Shown here in pieces: positions 9,771 through 21,616 of a stretch of 64,000 nucleotides of DNA. Positions within the stretch are counted from its first letter, which is position 1. The number at the start of each line of letters is the position of its first letter. The notes under the pieces were generated by a model, which saw only the letters and a program-made list of their open reading frames with translations, ran no database searches and had not been told where the DNA came from. Source of the stretch: a virus (taxonomy: Duplodnaviria > Caudoviricetes). The stretch spans positions 64,001-128,000 of IMG/VR virus record IMGVR_UViG_2873737359_000001; one strand, 5' to 3'. A program made the position numbers and the translations under genes.

Positions 9771-11045
9771 TTACATTTCTCTTACTAAAGCTTCGTATAC
9801 TGGCCTTGAATATCTTAGTGCATTCTGCATACATTTAAGGCTTTTATATTTGTCAATTTCTTTTACCGTTTTCTTTCTGTTCGCTGTTACATTCTTTCCA
9901 GTTCCTCTAAGAATTGTATAATCTTTTCTATCTATAACACACCCTAATCCACCTACTTTCTTTTTACCTGTTTCACAAGCCCTGATACAATCCATCACAA
10001 ACTCATTTAATGTATTGATATCTTTTTCTACATTGATAATTGGCAATACTGATGTAGCCCATGAATAAGTTCCGTCTCCCTTATACAGATACCGATTAAT
10101 GCTATTGATTGCTTTCTTTGCTGTAACCTCTTTCTTTTTGATACTCCTAGACTCAATTTCTTTCTGGAAATCTTTTACTCTATTCTTAGACAATGTAATC
10201 TGATTACCTTTAATCATGAATCCAAGGAATTTAAACCAACGATCACGAGCAAGAAATTCAACTTTCTTTGGATTTAATTTCATTTGCATTTCATGAAGCT
10301 TTGTTGTAAGAATGTCCATTGCCGCATCAATCTCTGGTCCAACATATAAAATATCATCTGAATATCTTACATATATTCCAGATAATTTTGAGATCTCATA
10401 ATCAATATCAAAAAGTACTGTATCTGCAAGGTAACTTGCTACGGCACACCCCTGTTTTAAGCTCTGATAATGTTCAATAAGATTTCCGTCTGGATCAAAG
10501 CACAAATCTGAATGATAATATTTACGAAGTACATTAATGATCTTTGATTTGCCAAACATATTTTCCAAGTAATCAAATTCTTGGTCAATATATGTAATTG
10601 GTACCGAATCAAAATATTTACTGAGATCTGCCTTGAATCCGACGTCCCCAATCTCGGGATTTAATCGACTCATTTCTCTTGATATGTTCTGGACTACTTT
10701 ACCGCAGCCAATTCCTTTCTGGTAACTTTTACATGCCGGATGGATATTCCCTTTCGCCAGTTCAAACAACATATCATTTACTATAGATAAGAAGATCCTG
10801 TCTATATTTTCATTTACATATACTGTCCTGAACTCGCCATTATCCTTTGGAATCAATACCTGGTGTGGTGGAGCAATTTCGTAATTATCAAGTAAGATCT
10901 GGCCGATTAGCGCCTGTCTATAGATTGGATCACAAAGTTTTCTTAATTCTCCTTTATCAATTCCTTTTCCAACACCTGTTTCTATTGCATATTCCCAACG
11001 TTCCGGTTCGATAAATTCTTTAAGCAAAATATCTTTCATGATCAT
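9771..11045 (-). CDS. Stand-alone reverse transcriptase (unknown-group type; not group II intron, DGR or classical retron)
   Basis: RT motifs in order: IPKDNGEFRTV, KSYQKG, FKADLSKYFDSV, LKQGCAVA, YVRYSDDI, LNPKK, FKFLGF. 424 aa, with no HNH tail or retron VTG motif. Confidence 0.95.
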   Translation of the reverse strand: MIMKDILLKEFIEPERWEYAIETGVGKGIDKGELRKLCDPIYRQALIGQILLDNYEIAPPHQVLIPKDNGEFRTVYVNENIDRIFLSIVNDMLFELAKGNIHPACKSYQKGIGCGKVVQNISREMSRLNPEIGDVGFKADLSKYFDSVPITYIDQEFDYLENMFGKSKIINVLRKYYHSDLCFDPDGNLIEHYQSLKQGCAVASYLADTVLFDIDYEISKLSGIYVRYSDDILYVGPEIDAAMDILTTKLHEMQMKLNPKKVEFLARDRWFKFLGFMIKGNQITLSKNRVKDFQKEIESRSIKKKEVTAKKAINSINRYLYKGDGTYSWATSVLPIINVEKDINTLNEFVMDCIRACETGKKKVGGLGCVIDRKDYTILRGTGKNVTANRKKTVKEIDKYKSLKCMQNALRYSRPVYEALVREM

Positions 11046-11802
11046 TCATCTCCTTGTTCATTATCTATAAACTCCTGATATGCCTTTTCAATGCATTCAT
11101 ATTGAGTCTTGCCATTTCCTTCACAATATAAAGCATATGCTTCTTTGGCAATATCTTCGGCCTCATGATCTAAAAGATCGTACTGATCTCTAAGCTCATT
11201 CTCCATCCAATTTGTAACAAATTCTTCAGCCGCTTTAGCCAATTCATCTGCAGTTAATATATACTCTTTTCCATCTCTTTTAATTTTCATAATATAACCC
11301 GTCCTTTTATAATATCAACATAGTCTGCGTAACATTCACGAAATCCACCGTATTTATCAGTATTAAAACACCAATCAAAATCACAATCTTTTTCTGTTAC
11401 GAGTCTGTACATATATTCTGCAAATTTAGTAATAAATTTTTCATTTTTACACATAGCAGAACGTCCAATATCAGTTAATCCTTTCTTTGCAAACTCTTTG
11501 TATAACTCCAACTCCTGATATTCTTCGAACTCTTTACATACTCTATATACTTGCCACATCTCCTGTTCTGTGAGCAAAATATCCTTTCCATTTCTATGAA
11601 TATACACTTTTTGCATAATTATTCATCCTCGCTTTCGACCTGTTCCACATTGAAATCTATTGACAATTCCGGGAATGCGTTACATAATCTTTTACTCACC
11701 TCATCTATTGCTCGATCATATGCAGTATCCTCATCTTTCGCATATACAGAAATAGTTCCGTCACACCATCCATGACATAAGCTCACATAAAAACGATATT
11801 TT

Positions 11803-12387
11803 TTATTCTTCATTATTCTTTCCTCCTTTGAATTTCCTAATTGCTAATCCCAATGCTTCTTTCTGTTTATCAGATATCGGATATTCATATTCCTCCAGAG
11901 CTGCGCTTAAATCATCAATGATATATGCTGCTTCACTTTCTGTCATTGTACTATGATAAATCGGATCATCTTTTTCGACTAATTCAATAAGTTTATCTAT
12001 ATTACTATTATTCCAATTCTCGTTATTACATAATGAAAATTTGCTTCGAAGATTGATAGAAGAAAAAACGCATTCATTACAATCTCTGCTGCCACAATTT
12101 TTAAGTTTTATAAATCCTTCCAAAAATTCCCTTGCCGTCATTTCTTTATTTTCTGTTTCATTTTCAATTCGAAATATATCCTTTGCTTCAATATTGTAAT
12201 AATCACAACACCATGTCACTTCTCTTTTTTCATGAAAATGAATAGCATCTGGAAAAGGTTGTGCTCGCGTTATATAAAGTTCTTCCCCGTTCATCCATTT
12301 GAACCCTTGTTTCCTAGCTACTTCAAAAAGTTTTTCGCATTCTTCTCTTGTTTCTACCCTTACTTTTAATCCTCTTAAATCAATCAT
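11803..12387 (-). CDS. Cys-rich hypothetical protein, paralog of 9162-9758
   Basis: GFKW, EMTAREF, CGSRDCNECVF..LCN. Confidence 0.6.
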   Translation of the reverse strand: MIDLRGLKVRVETREECEKLFEVARKQGFKWMNGEELYITRAQPFPDAIHFHEKREVTWCCDYYNIEAKDIFRIENETENKEMTAREFLEGFIKLKNCGSRDCNECVFSSINLRSKFSLCNNENWNNSNIDKLIELVEKDDPIYHSTMTESEAAYIIDDLSAALEEYEYPISDKQKEALGLAIRKFKGGKNNEE

Positions 12388-15300
12388 GTTTATATCGTCC
12401 TTTCATTGTATATCCCTTATGTTCATACACTCTTTTGAGCATTAATGGATTATCAAAAGCCGGAGTATATTCTTTCGTTTCCGGACAATAACCAAACCAT
12501 TTACCATGTACATCATGATAAATTTCCATTATTTTCTGTTCCATTTTTACCACCTGCCTTTGTTACAGAATAACCTCGCTTCTGTAATTCTTTAATTAAA
12601 TCATCCGTATAAGCATCTTTAATTACCGAATCTTCCAGACTTAACACCTCGAACTCACCGTCATCATTGACTATATATTTCCCATTAGAATCTCCAGAAA
12701 AAGTGATTTCAAAATCCACTTCAATACCGACTGTGTTTAAAAGTTTTTTTACCTCTTGTAAGTTATCTTCTATGTCTCCTGTAATCTCACACAGATCGTA
12801 AACTGCCATTCCACAATGCTTATAAAAATCTGTTACATCTAAATCAAATCCAAATATCTCTGTAGCATTAATTGCTACGATTAATGCTTTTACGTCTTCT
12901 TCTTTTACTTGAATATATCCTGTGTTATAATATATCATAACTATGATCTCCTTTTATTTGCTTTTATATAGTGTATGAGTCCCATCTTCATGCCGCTGCC
13001 ATTCATATCCAAGAAATTCTACGGCTTTCAAAGCGCCATTATAATAGCTCATATCCTGCGGTCTTGCTTCTTTCATATTCGCAATCATCCATCGTTCATT
13101 TAACCATATTTCTGTTTGCTGCTTAATTTCTTTATTTGTTCTTTTCATTTTGCAATCCTCCATTTATTCATCAAAAATAATCGTATCTTCGGTACATCCC
13201 CAATATGCAGAGTGCTGAAATAAATCGATTAATACTTGAAAATTTGCTTTGTGTATCTGATAAAGATTTCTGTCATCTAAATTAGTATCTTCTAAAAGTC
13301 CAACCAATTCATTTGCTTTGACAGCTGATTTAAAAGCAACATCTTCGTTTTCTTGATTAACAAGAAATTGTGTTCCACATGGAAGAAAAGTAATCATATA
13401 CACATGATCACGCTCCTTTTCTGTTTTTTATCACATCCATTAAAATAATATTTTTTGCAACCAGATCAATATTTGCAAAGAAACTCCCATCTTTAAAATA
13501 TTTCCAGTCATTTGCTTCACTTGTTTCTTCCATTTCTTCGTCAGATATATTGTAAAGATAATCTTCTCCAATTCTTTCATATCGATTGCAAAGTTCTTTA
13601 ATAATTTTTCTAATAATGCCTTCAATTTTGCAAAGCACATTGGAATTAATATTACGAATACCAATATTCTCCAATGCAGAATAAAAATCAGCTAAAAAAT
13701 CAATATGATTAATATAACAGTAACAATATCTTCTATTCATCGGAAGGATTATATCTTCTTGATATTCGCTCATATAAAATTTCATAGTTCGAATTTCTTT
13801 TTCTGTTAATTCATCTCCAATCCATTTCATGTCAGTTACATTCGGAAGATTAAATATATCATTGATATTTAAGTTTCCATAAATATTCACTCCATCACTC
13901 TGGCAGCCATTCAAACTCCATTGAATCTTAAGATCACTATTAGGAAAAATATTTTTTAAATCTTCCATATATATATCTGTTAATGCTTCCGACCTACAAT
14001 AATCATTTAAATAATCTTCCTTTGCTTTCTCTTTTGCCTCATCTGAAAGTTCTGAATAAGAATATACATTGTAAATTTTTATTAGATGTTGCATATCATC
14101 ACCTCACTTTTACAAAATCCTTATCAATGCTTAATCCAAGTGGCGCATCTGAATCATAATGATCAGTTATACCCCAACCATTGTAATAATCTTCATCTTC
14201 ATCAACACCAACACCACAATTTAAATCAGATACAATATCTTTTTCTGTTGGAAGTTTTGTTTCATATGCTGTATCAATTCCTGCATCTAAAATTTCCTTT
14301 CTTTTGGCCGCACATTCTTTTATAAACCAATCAACCTTTTCCTTTCCGGTCTTTGTTAAAATATAGTGCATATCATCACCTCATTTCCTTGTGATTTCAT
14401 CTAAACATTTTTCAAGATATTCTTTAAATTCTATTCCGACAAATTCAAAAAACATTTCTTCTACTGCTTTTTTATCTTTTGTTTTCTTCCAGATATTAAA
14501 AATATCTTGAGCGATTCCTGTAAATTCAAAATCATTTTCTTGAATAAGATCATTTAAAATTGTATCCGCATCACGAATAATCCCTTCAGGCGTATTATTA
14601 TGTAAATATTCAACTGCTGTAAGCAAATCATTTGTAGTGCAGTACTTCTTTTTACCAATTTTTTCAATGTTATTTACAATATCTGTAATATCATTAAACA
14701 GATTCTGTATGTCATTATCCTCTACATTTTCATTTGCATTGTCACTGATATATTTCGCTAGTTCATAAAACATTCTGACCTTTTGATCTTTATTCATCTG
14801 TTCAAAAATTCTCTTCATTTCTGCAGTCATTCTTGTCATCATGTCACTTACCTGCCTTTCTTTTCAAATCGAACATATCATATACTGGTTGTACACAACT
14901 TATATTAAATCCGTTTTCAAACCAGCAATGATCAGACACTTCCGGGACATCAACTATAATATGGTCCGGATATGTTTCTTTTACGGTACCCATACAAAAA
15001 TCCTTATCAAATCTACATCTTACAACCTGCCCAATCTTGAATAAATGTGTTAAATCTGACATATTGTTTCTCTCCTATAGATTATTAATTTAATTTTAAA
15101 CTAATTACGAATAATCAGTTTCCATAAACTCTTTTACTTCATCAGCTGTCATTTTTGTAGCCATTTTATTGATTTCTTTTATATTTTTAATACAAATGTC
15201 AACGTCCTCTTGGTCAAAATATTCGGTAGGATTTTTCCAATTTTTTCCACGATTCCATTTCATGTATTCTGTTCCGGACATAATCTTTTTATTATTATAA

Positions 15301-15939
15301 TCAAGGAAAGCATACTTAATTGTTCCATCTGAAAGTACGTCAATAAATAATTTTCCATCATTATTGTCCTGCTGATAAAACATAAAGTTATTTAACGTAT
15401 AACCATCATTTTCCCAGTCACCATCAATAAATTCTTTTATGATATCAGAACTGATTACACAATCAATCATGTCAAAGTTAGTGTCTAAAATTCGATATAA
15501 TTTCCGTTCAAATTCAAATGTATACTTATACATATCTTTTAACCATTCTATTCCGTATCTTGCGCGACTTATCATCCGCTCTCCATAATTCCACTGATAA
15601 TATCTTGCAATCATTTTCTTCTGACCATTTTCCTCATATCTAACAAATATCTGTGATCTCTGTCCCATAAATTACTCCTTTCTTACGGTTTCACCATCCA
15701 CCGAAAAGGATATCTTTTATTTTTTATAAAGTTCATCGACGACTCTCATGCATTCCATCATCAAACCGTATTCTGTAAAATCTTTAATTTTAATTATACC
15801 GGTTTCATCGTATACACTAACCAATAACACATCAGCATTCTCACAATAATCTACTGTTACGCGGGCATCATCTGTATAAGGGTTTGCCTTAAACATTTCA
15901 TTCATTTTTTCAATCCATGCAGCCATCTTCTTTTCTCCT

Positions 15940-16923
15940 TTACTTAATTAATTCCTCTGCAATTCTGTATGCCTGATCAATAAGGTTGTCTCCCTCGACA
16001 ATCTTCATAAATCTGTTTTCCTGGTATGTATTAGTTAATCTCCTTGCAGGTTTGTGTGTAGAAAAATCAGATACAGCATTCACGAATCTGAATACGCTTT
16101 TCTCTGTCTGCTGTAGATCCGGTGCGTCCCAGCAATTCATAAGTAACTGTCTATCTTCCTGGATATCCGATGCCTTTCTCTCAGAATCTTTTTTCTCATC
16201 AATTGGAAGCAGCTGTTTTGTGAGATTCCACATATCATCTTTTGTAAGAGATTTGCGTTTCATATTTTCAAATTCGCTTTCGAGACTGCCAAGATAGTTT
16301 TCTGTATTCATAATAGTCATTCTTGCATCTTCAAGCTTTCCATTGATATTTCCAACATGAGTACAACTCCAAGAACGACTAGCTCTCTTAAGAGCGAGAT
16401 TTAATGTATTCTGGCACCATACTCTAATCGGAGTAATTGCAACTCGTACAGATCCTTTTCCATCATGTGCATTTGTAAATACAAGATATGGATCAATTTT
16501 CTCTCCGGCAAGATTTCTTCCCTCAAGCTTGGCCAACAGCCAGATCTTTTTGCCGCGAGCCAATGCTCCAGCTGTTTCATATTTGACTCCTTCTCCAAGA
16601 AGCGCATCTGTAAAAGCAAAGGCTTCATCATTCTGAACCACTTTGTACTTTTCAGTAACAATACCGAGAACAGTTTGATCAATGTCTCTGATATTTGCCT
16701 TGAATCCATCAACAAGTTTACCTGAACTAGCAGTTGTAATGTTCTGCTGCACTACCTTCCAATCAAGTCCTGCGAGTTTTAAAGCCTGAGCAGAATCTAC
16801 TGCTCCAATAACTTCCTTTCCGAGTCCATCCCACGGTGCTTTTCTCGCATCAAACATACTTTCCACATTTGTAAATCTGTTTGTCGTTCTTTCCATTGTT
16901 TTGTTCATGTTATTGGTCATCAT
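15940..16923 (-). CDS. DUF932 family phage/plasmid protein
   Basis: PWDGLG, AGLDWKV, YKVVQNDEAF, ETAGAL, NAHDG, TPIRVWCQNTL. Confidence 0.85.
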   Translation of the reverse strand: MMTNNMNKTMERTTNRFTNVESMFDARKAPWDGLGKEVIGAVDSAQALKLAGLDWKVVQQNITTASSGKLVDGFKANIRDIDQTVLGIVTEKYKVVQNDEAFAFTDALLGEGVKYETAGALARGKKIWLLAKLEGRNLAGEKIDPYLVFTNAHDGKGSVRVAITPIRVWCQNTLNLALKRASRSWSCTHVGNINGKLEDARMTIMNTENYLGSLESEFENMKRKSLTKDDMWNLTKQLLPIDEKKDSERKASDIQEDRQLLMNCWDAPDLQQTEKSVFRFVNAVSDFSTHKPARRLTNTYQENRFMKIVEGDNLIDQAYRIAEELIK

Positions 16924-16985
16924 AATATCGATCTCCTTTTTGTTATATTATCACCAAATTTATTATTAACAATATAAAAACATAA

Positions 16986-17642
16986 TTATTCTGCAATACG
17001 CTTTCTCTTATCAAAATCTTTTCCATCCTCGACACCGGAGGCATAAGCTTTTGATGATTCATTTGTTTTACTTTTAATAAATTTTTTACTTGTGTTTTGA
17101 TTTACATAATCAGTTACTTCATTCGGGACCGAAAGGACAAGCCCCCAGCCAAACTCTTTATTCTGTTCGGCATAAGCTTCTTCTAAACCTTTTACAAATC
17201 CCATTCCATAATCTGTATATGATTGAGATCCTTCCGCATAAGTTTTTGTTGATCTACGAAACTCCTTTTCCTTTGACTGAATGCATTCAAGAGCGTACAG
17301 AAAAATTTCAGTACATATTTTTACATCATCTGGAAAGCCAATAAAAACTATTGTCCTTGTTCTTGAACCACGTGGTATATAACATGCTCTGGAACAACAA
17401 TTATTTGTTGCAATTACTTTTGCTAGTTTTGGCATCCATGGATTTTTCCTGGAATTATATGTAGCATCTTTCATAAGAGCTTCCATAATTCTCTTATCAA
17501 CTTCCATTGTATCTGACATGCTAATCTTATGTTCCGCCATAAGTTCTCTTGCTTTAAGTAGAGCAGCTTTCGCTTCATGTTCATTAGATGATTCTGATAA
17601 AGCAAGAAGCTTTTTAATTTTCTCTTTATAATCAATAGCCAT
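16986..17642 (-). CDS. DUF2786 domain protein
   Basis: N-terminal KIKKLLALS..NEHEAKAALLKARELMAEH. Confidence 0.8.
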   Translation of the reverse strand: MAIDYKEKIKKLLALSESSNEHEAKAALLKARELMAEHKISMSDTMEVDKRIMEALMKDATYNSRKNPWMPKLAKVIATNNCCSRACYIPRGSRTRTIVFIGFPDDVKICTEIFLYALECIQSKEKEFRRSTKTYAEGSQSYTDYGMGFVKGLEEAYAEQNKEFGWGLVLSVPNEVTDYVNQNTSKKFIKSKTNESSKAYASGVEDGKDFDKRKRIAE

Positions 17643-18186
17643 AATTAATTATTCCTTTCTGCCAAAATAAGTAAGGTATTATCATCTGCCACAGTAATTC
17701 CTGAAATATACAGGTCAAGAATTTTATCAAGTGGTTTTCTATTTCCGTTTTGTATAACATCATAAACAAGGATTGGATTATCTAAATTCGTACAATCATA
17801 AATTCTATAAGTGCAATCAAGATTTAAATAATCATTATAAACAAGATCTCTAACCAACATGATTAATCACCTCCAATTAATTCCGTTGCAAGATTGTATG
17901 CTCTGTCATAATCTTTGATATCATAATGACCATGATTTAAACATTGTGTGTCATCATTCCAGCAGTTCCATACAACCCATGGTCCACCGCCACATTTTGC
18001 TTTAAGCTCTGGATAAGCCGAATGTTTTGCAATCACAACATATAATTCTTTGCAAAATGCACCAGGATGATGAATAATTTCCTGCACTTCGTAAGGCATA
18101 TTATTTTCCTTGAAATATTTCCTTACATGATCATACACAGGATTGTTAATTGATACTGGAACAATAGTAATATTAACCATAATTAA

Positions 18187-18438
18187 TCATCCCTTTCTAT
18201 AACTCTTTAATAACTCCAATAAATTAATCCCTATTCCATCACAATATTTAACAAAAGATTCCATAGACGGATTTACATTGCAAGATTCAATTTTTGAAAT
18301 CATTTGTTGTGTTAGGCCTGTTCTTTTTGCCATATCTTCCTGTGTCAATTTCTTGGATTTTCGAATTTCTTTTAAATATGTAATAATATTGTATACTTTG
18401 TTTTCTATTTTTCTTCCTCTCTTCCTAACATTTCCCAA
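18187..18438 (-). CDS. XRE-family HTH regulator
   Basis: LKEIRKSKKLTQEDMAKRTGLTQQMISKIE..NPS. Confidence 0.85.
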   Translation of the reverse strand: MGNVRKRGRKIENKVYNIITYLKEIRKSKKLTQEDMAKRTGLTQQMISKIESCNVNPSMESFVKYCDGIGINLLELLKSYRKG

Positions 18439-20071
18439 ATTATATTAGCCTCTTTATTTAAGCCTCTTTCTATATAATATTTATAAAGAAATTCTTTTTG
18501 AGATTTTGTATTCTCATATAAATATGAGTTCCATATGTATGTTCTTCTAACTTTATCGCCATAATATTCCTACCTCTTAAAAAATCACCGTTTCATTTAT
18601 CTGAGTAACATATAATTGTAGTCATTAATAACCCCTATCGTTGCAAGTTCTTCGTCCATCCAACCGGAATTATACTTGTGTATTTTTTCAAGAAATTCAT
18701 CCTTTTCTTTTGTAGTTTTAAATCTTCCTGCTACTCTTGGTTTTCCTTCCATATCTTCCCAAGGAAGATAAGTTATCGTCCATCCTTTTTCTTTTACCAT
18801 TATCATAAAAAATCCTTTCTTAATCTGAAATCATCATTTCATTTCATTTCCATCTGTAGATTTCTTTACTACCATTTACAGTATCAGCAACCAATATAAA
18901 ATCACCCGTAGCATAATATTCTCCTGTATACATTGTACGGATAGTATCATTTATATATTTCCTAAATGAAAATGACTTTGCGATTACTTTTTTATCACAG
19001 TCTCTTACAACTACATACGAAAATAAGCCTCTCTTTTCTACATGTGCAATGCTTTTCTCTCCAAATACTCTAATATTTGATTTTTTCATTTTTGTTATTC
19101 TCCAATTCAATTTTCTAAATAAAAAATCATTAATTTATCAGTTACATTTGACTTTTTATTGTAATTTTTAATTTGTTTTGTGTGGTTAATACTGTCCACG
19201 ATGACACTGGAAAATAACCAAAATTTTTGATTGCGATTGCTTTATTATTAAATCTTTTTGTGTCCCATGAAAAACAATCGTAAATCTCTATATAATTATC
19301 TCCCTGATAATTTTCCAATAAATCTTTTACCTTCACATTTCGCTCCTTATTTGATAATACATAGTACTTCTCTTAAATATTTTCTTGTCATATTAACTTA
19401 CCTTTCTGGTAAATTTGCTATCTGCCTTGCGACCTTAGCAGCTTCATCGTAACAATAATTTTCTGTTAATCTCTGTGCATAAGACCATAATCCATATTCT
19501 TCATCAGAATCAAACAAAGATAAATCTTCAACTGGAATATCACAATTACCTTGCTCACAAAAGAATGCATCTGTATTAGCTTCTGTACCCCAACGTAATG
19601 GACAATAAATACAAAAATTATCCTTAAAAATGCCATCCACTTCTTGTGCAGCGTACTGACAACAGAAACAATTGTGTCTAATATTATTATATGGAAAGTT
19701 TTCTTCTATATATTTCTTTTTATACATAAAAATATCCCAACCAAGATCATGTTCCTCTAATCTATCTGCAATCCAGTTCCACATCTTACGGTGATGTGCA
19801 ATAGCTTCTTCCTTAGTTAAATATAAATCTTCCATAAATAATTCCCTCCTAAAGATTAACTGCATCTCCATTATCATCATAAATAATAGGTTCAATCTTA
19901 ACGATATAACCAGTCTTATTTTCTTTATCAAAGATTTCCATCTTAGCTTTATTAATCCCACATGATCCCCATTCAAAAGAAAATCTCTCATCGTTATCCT
20001 CTACTATCTTGATAAGATGATCTGATAAAGCTTCAATATCTCTATAAGTACTTCCCATAATTAATTTCCTT

Positions 20072-21034
20072 CTATCTAACAGCTGTAATCTCACCATCAA
20101 TAACAGCATCAATAAGTTCTGTAATATTATCAATATTCTTTGCCTGATAACATCCAGGTCCAGTAAATTCCTTAATAAGTTTCTTTCTACGAGCATCATC
20201 CGAATCGTATATATCTGGATCAAGTTCGTTATAAGTAATAGCTACAATCCTGGGTAATTCGCTATCCTTAATATTTGAATCATAAGCAAGAGACTTAAAG
20301 TAATTAAATCTTTCATTAGAATTGATTTGCGTAGCGTCAGCGGAGCCTGGAGCGTTAGCGACATCAGGAGCGTTAGCGACCATATCAAGCGAAGCGTCCG
20401 GAGCGCCAGCGACCCTGTTGAGTGATCCGGCTACCTGTGCACTAGCGAAGCGGTCACGGTACCGGTCAGTACTATCATTATCAATATCATTATCAATATC
20501 AGTATATATATAGGTACCGCTGTGACCGTCGTTATTATTTTCTTCGGGAACATCCTCATATTCGCTTTCGGTCACATCGGTCACGGCATGACCGTCTGGT
20601 CGGTACTCAACATTGTTAATGATAATATTGAAATCAAATGTTTCTTTATATTTACCTTCCCGAAAATTCTTTAATGTTTTGTTTACCTTGCCTTTACTGC
20701 AATGCACTTCTTTGGAAATTTTGTCTTGTGACATTCCGGGATTATCACGAACAAATTCTATGATTGCTTTGGTAACTTCTGGATTCTCTCCGAATCCTCT
20801 TGATCTTCTTTCCTGTGAAGAATCTATCATTCTAAGAGCTGTATCTCCACCTGCATATAAAAATATTTCTTTATCTTCTATTGGTTTTTCGTATAAGGCA
20901 TACTCAATAATTGCCTTGTAATATTCATAGGCAATTTCTTTACCTTTCATCTCTTCGATCATCTGTCCTGTTGTATAATATGATTCGAAGAACGTGAAGC
21001 ATTTGCTTCTATCAAATTGCTTTTTATCACTCAT
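20072..21034 (-). CDS. Putative replication initiator (DUF6291-like N-terminus plus HTH)
   Basis: FTFFESY..AIIEYAL N-terminus; HTH (MSQDKISKEVHCSKGKV); low-complexity central linker with DNA repeats. Confidence 0.55.
   Translation of the reverse strand: MSDKKQFDRSKCFTFFESYYTTGQMIEEMKGKEIAYEYYKAIIEYALYEKPIEDKEIFLYAGGDTALRMIDSSQERRSRGFGENPEVTKAIIEFVRDNPGMSQDKISKEVHCSKGKVNKTLKNFREGKYKETFDFNIIINNVEYRPDGHAVTDVTESEYEDVPEENNNDGHSGTYIYTDIDNDIDNDSTDRYRDRFASAQVAGSLNRVAGAPDASLDMVANAPDVANAPGSADATQINSNERFNYFKSLAYDSNIKDSELPRIVAITYNELDPDIYDSDDARRKKLIKEFTGPGCYQAKNIDNITELIDAVIDGEITAVR
20349..20600. repeat. Iteron-like repeats within the putative initiator gene (candidate origin)
   Basis: GGAGCG(TT/CC)AGCGAC at 20349, 20367 and 20400; several CGGTCAC/GTGACCG copies either side of an AT-rich patch. 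Confidence 0.5.
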
Positions 21035-21051
21035 AATCTGCTCACTCCAAT

Positions 21052-21351
21052 TTATTTATCTTTTTTGTATTTGATTTTATTTTGCTGCCTTTCTTCTAAG
21101 ATTCTGTCTAACGCTTCCTGGAATCCTGGTACCATTTCAAAGACATAAATATCTTTTTCAGGATTATGCCAATCTGGCTCCACTGTTGCAATCTGAAACC
21201 CCTCTTTTCTTAATTTCCAGGCGATCCATTTACTCTTAATTCCTTTGCATTTAGTTCTCTGATTTTTCATTGATTTTCCCTCTGCTTTCTGATTGTTTTT
21301 AATACTGCGTTTACATTTTGTTTCTATAATCTTATAACTCTTATAATCCAT
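21052..21351 (-). CDS. DUF5659-like small protein (tandem paralog 1)
   Basis: IKSKWIAWKLRKEGF..VEPD..NP..DIYVFE. Confidence 0.55.
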   Translation of the reverse strand: MDYKSYKIIETKCKRSIKNNQKAEGKSMKNQRTKCKGIKSKWIAWKLRKEGFQIATVEPDWHNPEKDIYVFEMVPGFQEALDRILEERQQNKIKYKKDK

Positions 21352-21559
21352 TTGCCTTTTCTTTTCTATGCTTTTCCTGTTCGTTAATATATTTTGTCAA
21401 TGCCTCGGAAAATCCAGGAACATCTTCAAAGATATATACATCAAACTGAGGATTATGTCTGTTTGGCTCTACAGAAATGATCTTATATCCTTCTTTCCGT
21501 AGCAACCATGCAATCCTTCTGCTTTTTACGGCCTTAGTAGCGATATTTGTTTTATTCAT
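21341..21559 (-). CDS. DUF5659-like small protein (tandem paralog 2)
   Basis: VKSRRIAWLLRKEGY..VEPN..NP..DVYIFE. Confidence 0.55.
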   Translation of the reverse strand: MNKTNIATKAVKSRRIAWLLRKEGYKIISVEPNRHNPQFDVYIFEDVPGFSEALTKYINEQEKHRKEKANGL

Positions 21560-21616
21560 TAATGTTCAACTCCTTTTATTTGCATTAAGTTTATAATTTA
21601 TAGTGTCAAATCATAC

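Noticed and set aside
9771-11045. RT as a group II intron maturase
   Set aside because: The ORF abuts its neighbours (12-nt gap downstream, overlap upstream), leaving no room for intron domains I-III or V-VI. The motif is YSDD rather than YADD.
9771-11045. RT as part of a diversity-generating retroelement
   Set aside because: I saw no TR/VR pair differing at adenines and no Avd-like gene in the window. A whole-genome self-alignment would be needed to exclude a distant VR.
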